A stretch of 64,000 bases of DNA from NCBI RefSeq assembly GCF_009914755.1, contig NC_060927.1. The stretch is one strand, 5' to 3'. Every line of letters begins with the position of its first letter. The first letter of the stretch is position 1. Below, piece after piece: positions 59,047 through 64,000 of this stretch. A program made the position numbers and the translations under genes. The DNA comes from the human T2T-CHM13v2.0 reference genome, Homo sapiens. A model generated the notes under the pieces. That model was not told the origin of the DNA. It made no database searches and saw only the letters and a list, made by a program, of their open reading frames with translations.

Positions 59047-60383
59047 CAGCAGTTCTGAGACTCTTTGGTCCCAGGAGCCTTTTAAACTTTAAAACATTTT
59101 TGAGGATACCAAAGAGCTTTTGGTTATGTGAGTTGTTTCTATTGATATTTACCATATTAGAAAATAAAATTGAGAAATTAAAAATACATTCATTAAGTCA
59201 TTTAAAAGGCAGTAAGAAACTGATTACATATTAACATGAGTGATGTATTTTTATAAACTCATTATATTTTCCAAAACAAAAATTTTAGTGAGAAGAGTGG
59301 CATTATGTTACATTTCTGTAACTGTGCTTGGCTTAATACAAGACAGCTGGATTCTGTTTCTACATTCAGTCTATTGTGGTATACTGTTTTGATTGAAGTC
59401 CATAAAGAAAATAAAGATACACACAAATATTGATTTGGAAAAGAGAGGAGAATTTTAATGGCCTTTTCAGATAGTTGTGGCAATTCTTCTTTGATACTCT
59501 ACCCAAAACTAACAAGTGGTAGTTTCTTAAATGTTAATTTGAAACCATATCAATGAATTTTTCATACTCTGTTAAATTAAAATGCATAGTTTATATTATA
59601 CCGTGAGTGGATTTTTTACCCATGCATAATTTTGTAACATTTTGCATTGGTCATTTGGAAATTATTGGTTTACTGAATTACATAGATTTTCAAAATGTTG
59701 ATACATTATACAATGTCAAAAATCACCACCCTTATCATTAGAGAAATCATGAAATATTGAGAAGCTGTAAGATATAAAAATCCAGGGTTGGATTCAAGTT
59801 TTCAAAATTTCTAATTTTTTTGAAAGCTCAAATTTTATCATCAACAACAATACAGTCAGCTTTCTTTGGAGTAGCAGGCTCACATCATTCACTTTTGAGA
59901 AAATGTCTGCCAAACCCCAAGAGTTTAATAATCATAGTCTCAATCATCCTCCTAAAAATAATGTTTAGTGAAAAAAGTAGTAGTTAATCTCACAACTCAA
60001 TCACACAAATGCTTTTTCTTGAGATGACCATTGCACTTTGGCATGTAACAGAGTACTTTGTGCTGACTTCTTATTTTAATATAAAAAATATTAAATAGAT
60101 GACTATGTAACAGTTGAAATTTAGTAAAATTAATATTCTTCAGTGATTTTTTTTAAAACCACAAGTGCATGGTGGTGAAGAATACAATGATTACTAGTAT
60201 TGCTGGATGCTGCTGCCTTGATTCCTGCTAAGGTGCCAGCAGCATCAGTGCAAATGTTAACACGGTGAAAAAGATAAATGGTATTATTTTCTTCTTCTCA
60301 TGAAAATGGTTTTGACCTCATGATTTGCTTGAAAGAGTCTTGGGCCCATGAGGGGTCTGTGGACCATACTTTGAGAATTGCTG
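59047..60383. mobile_element. hAT DNA transposon fossil (Charlie1a-like, non-autonomous)
   Basis: Degenerate terminal inverted repeats cagcagttctga / tgagaattgctg. Start tttggtcccaggagccttttaaac...caaagagcttttggttatgtg. About 1.34 kb, with no transposase ORF. Confidence 0.8.
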
Positions 60384-61056
60384 ACCAAATAACCATTTGA
60401 CTTTGCACACAAAGAACCAGTATTTCCATAGCAACATTTTTTTTTTTTTTGCCATTGCAAAGATTAGAAATAATCATCCCCTAGAAAGTGGATAAAAAAT
60501 TGAATGATATTTGAACCTGAATCCGAATACCTAAAAACAATGGAATGATACAAAGGAATTATATACAGCACTGAAAATCAGTTAGACCTAGATGCAAACA
60601 TGAGATGTGAAAACAGAACGATTCATGCTGTATGACACTACGTGAAGTTTAAATATATGCAAAACATACTATGTATTTTTAAAGCATAAAAATGGGTGGT
60701 AAGTGTGTATAGAAATATATTAGAATAATAATTAACAAATTCAGGATGGTAGTTACCTGTGTGAGATAGGGAAGGAATTACATTTGTGGAGGAGATACAT
60801 AGAGGGCTTCAGATGCACATGTACTGCTTTATTTCATAGGCTGAGGGGTGGTTGTAAGGGGTTTATTATGTTATTTTCTATAGCTCTTTCTATTCTGAAG
60901 AATTTTGTAATAAACAGCAGCCTGTCTATAATCATATTCTTTCAAATACTTGCTTGTGAATTTAAGCAGTCATATAGATAAACTATTAGTATTGAAACTT
61001 TGGCATGTAGATATAAAGTCAGTGAATAACTTCACAGTAATGATGTAATTCTCCTT

Positions 61057-61060
<4 letters not shown>

Positions 61061-61098
<38 letters not shown>
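61061..61098. repeat. (CA)19 microsatellite
   Basis: Read directly from the sequence. Confidence 0.97.
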
Positions 61099-61101
<3 letters not shown>

Positions 61102-61172
61102 TTCTGCTATAAAGGTCTCTTCATTTTCGTTACGTGCAATGCCTACTAAAACTCACTGTTTAAATGAAATGA

Positions 61173-61685
<513 letters not shown>

Positions 61686-62508
61686 TAAACTTTGTATCTG
61701 AAGTGGCCTTACTTTGCTCTGCTCCTGTCACTAGAACCCAGAAACCTCTGAACTTCCACGTATTTCCCCCGAGCCTGTCCTTTCTAGTGGTTTGAAATTT
61801 AAAACAAACTGGCTGGACTTCAGCTTAGTTAATGGTGGCAGAGAACAAAATAGACATAATTTTCATAATGACTTTTTCATTTTGGGGGACATCACATTTT
61901 TCACAGCAGCTTTTGGTTAAACAACAGAGGCAAAACCTTCACTACCTCCCTAACTTCCTGTTTTTCTGAAACTGATATCCTGCATTTGGAAATATATAAA
62001 TAAATAATAGAGAATCCTGATTCCACTTGGATAAGCCTTGTTTGAAAGTTGAACAGTCTGTCCATTCCTCCACATTAAAATATATTCCTGACTCCATTGT
62101 GACTTACTGCACGCTGTCTGTTTGGGCCACATGGTTCTGAGCACCCACCCCAGTCACTTTTATTTTTTTCTATGTACTAGCATTGTACTAGTGGTTTTCC
62201 TGAGGAATGTTATTTTGAAACATTGTAACAATCAGTTTGTTTATAACAATCAGTCTGTTAACCCATGTTTTTTTTTTTAGTTCCTTGTTATTAGTTTAGT
62301 CTTCTGCAGTGCCCTTTGGCCCATCCCCTGGCCTTTCTACCCCTTCAAATTAGGCAGAAGGCATCCATTGCCTCAGAAAAAGGATGTTGAAAAGAAATCA
62401 GAAGTAACAGTAAACTGTAAGTTTCAAAAATCTATTCTGAAACTTACCTGTTAATACTTTGAGAAAAGTAAGATTAAGTCTCAAAGGTCAGGATTAAAAT
62501 TTTTTGAC

Positions 62509-62892
62509 TTTTATTTTTAGAGACAGGGTTCTGTTCTGTCACCCAGGCTATGGTGCAGTGGTACAGTCATTGCTTACTGCAACCTCAAATTCCTGGGCTA
62601 AAGTGATCTTCCCGCCTCAGCCTCCTGAGTAGCTGGAACTATAGGCAAGTGCCATTGTGTCTGGCTAATGGAAGTCAAAATTTCGAGGTTAAAAAATTCA
62701 TAACTCTGGCTGGGCATGGTGGCTTACATTTGTAATCCCAGCACTTTGGGAGGCCAAGGTGGGAGGGTTGCTTGAGGCCAGAAGTTTGAGGCTGCAGTTA
62801 GTTAGAATTGTGCCACTTCACTCCAGCCTGGGCAACAGAGTAAGACCCCGTCTCTCTAAAAATAAAACGAAATAAAATAAAAAAATAAAAAA
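62509..62892. mobile_element. Antisense Alu right arm (62509-62668) and a sense FRAM-like monomer (62708-62892)
   Basis: The second element is flanked by the TSD aaaaattcataactct (62692-62707 / 62889-62904). Confidence 0.85.
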
Positions 62893-63504
62893 ATTCATAA
62901 CTCTGAAGAACTAGATTATGAATCTTGTGGCATAAATAATACATTTGGAAGAATACTTGTTGAGAAGAGAAACTAGAAAAAACCTGAATAAATGGAGAAT
63001 ATTCTGAGTTTGACTGAGTTTATCCTGAATCAATGAACACTGCTTTTTTTGCTCTCAAGTGAAATGGGATCCAGCACTCAAGCAATAAATTAATTAAAAC
63101 ATAAGGAAATAAAGAAAATTATATTATTTGTATGTTTGAATTTGTAACTAGGGTTTGCACCCTTACATATCCTTCTGAAACATGCTGTTGCACTTATGGA
63201 GAGATATTGAAGCTGTTGTTACTATATTACAGTGTTCTCTTTGTAAGGCCGATAGGAAAAAAATTCTTGGGTCTCATTGTTGAGAGAGCTTTTCTTCCTC
63301 TGGGCAACTGGTTTATTTTTAGCCTGGGGAAACTCTGACTCATGAATCTGATTGAATGCCTCCCTTAACTGGCTGCATGAAAGCATGGTGTCAACTCTGA
63401 ACGCTGTCTTTTGCTGGGATCGAGTTTCATCTACTTACCTTATCCCAGTGACTATTCTTCTTCCCACTTTGTTTTCCTTTTGCCTTTATGTCTTTACTTA
63501 CTCT

Positions 63505-63920
63505 CAATCTGTTTGGACTTCCTGGGAAGCAGACTCTGAGGCAGTGTTTAAGGCGCAGGATGCCTATTAAGGAGCACCTTGGGGACCAACACCTGCAGAA
63601 GGGAGTGGAGAGGAATCAGTAAGGGGCAGGTGGAGAAACTGAGCTTCAGTGTCGCCCCAGTGATAGTCTCAACTGACCATGTGGAGAGCTCTGCAGGTAG
63701 AATGGTCCCTCAGAGTTGTCTCAACTTGGGCCTGAATGTCCAGGTCTTTACACTCTCCCATTAACTGTTCACTAGATGTCAGGTGCCCCAGGCATGACCT
63801 TGGCCAGGAGGCAGTCCTTGAGGGGAATGGCAGCTGAAGGCTGTCTGCCAACAGCAGTCCCAGCAGCTGGGGCACCAGGTCCTTCAGTGAGGGATGTTGG
63901 TGATGCATCAGTGCCCACCA
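63505..63920 (-). mobile_element. ERVL LTR (LTR16-like)
   Basis: gggaagcagactctgagg...cttggggaccaacacctg...gaatggtccctcagagttgtc...cagtcccagcagctgggg. Confidence 0.7.
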
Positions 63921-64000
63921 TACTTACTTTAAAAAATCTAGTATATATTTCTACAAGAATTTGGAACAAAAACACCAATAAAATAAGTAATTAAAGTTAA

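Noticed and set aside
62502-62680. Inverted 9-bp flanks (ttttgactt / aagtcaaaa) around a half Alu
   Set aside because: Too short and AT-rich to distinguish from chance.

Overview
This is repeat-dense primate (human- or ape-like) nuclear DNA, either intergenic or intronic. It contains AluJ, AluS and AluY elements, L1PA, L1M, MIR/L2, ERV1/ERVL/MaLR LTRs and a Charlie1 DNA transposon. I can support no intact protein-coding gene, RNA gene or CRISPR array. The long ORFs in the track are decayed L1 ORF1/ORF2, Alu or low-complexity artefacts. The only host-gene-derived sequence is an old, disrupted PCBP2 processed pseudogene on the minus strand (~44.56-45.93 kb). I see no convincing new multi-gene system. 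The most unusual structures are: (1) a 265-bp, ~97%-identical inverted duplication around an 807-bp spacer (40070-41406); (2) a perfect 25-bp minisatellite whose unit contains an 18-bp palindrome centred on a consensus CArG box (14323-14486); (3) an apparent ancient L1 3' transduction bounded by a 17-bp target-site duplication (TSD; 21757-23138); (4) a four-level nested retroelement stack (569-11598); (5) a double overlapping hairpin (13024-13080); and (6) the PCBP2 retrocopy, which appears to preserve an exon-skipped isoform. Repeat subfamily names come from my recall of consensus sequences, not from a database search. Boundaries of old repeats are approximate.
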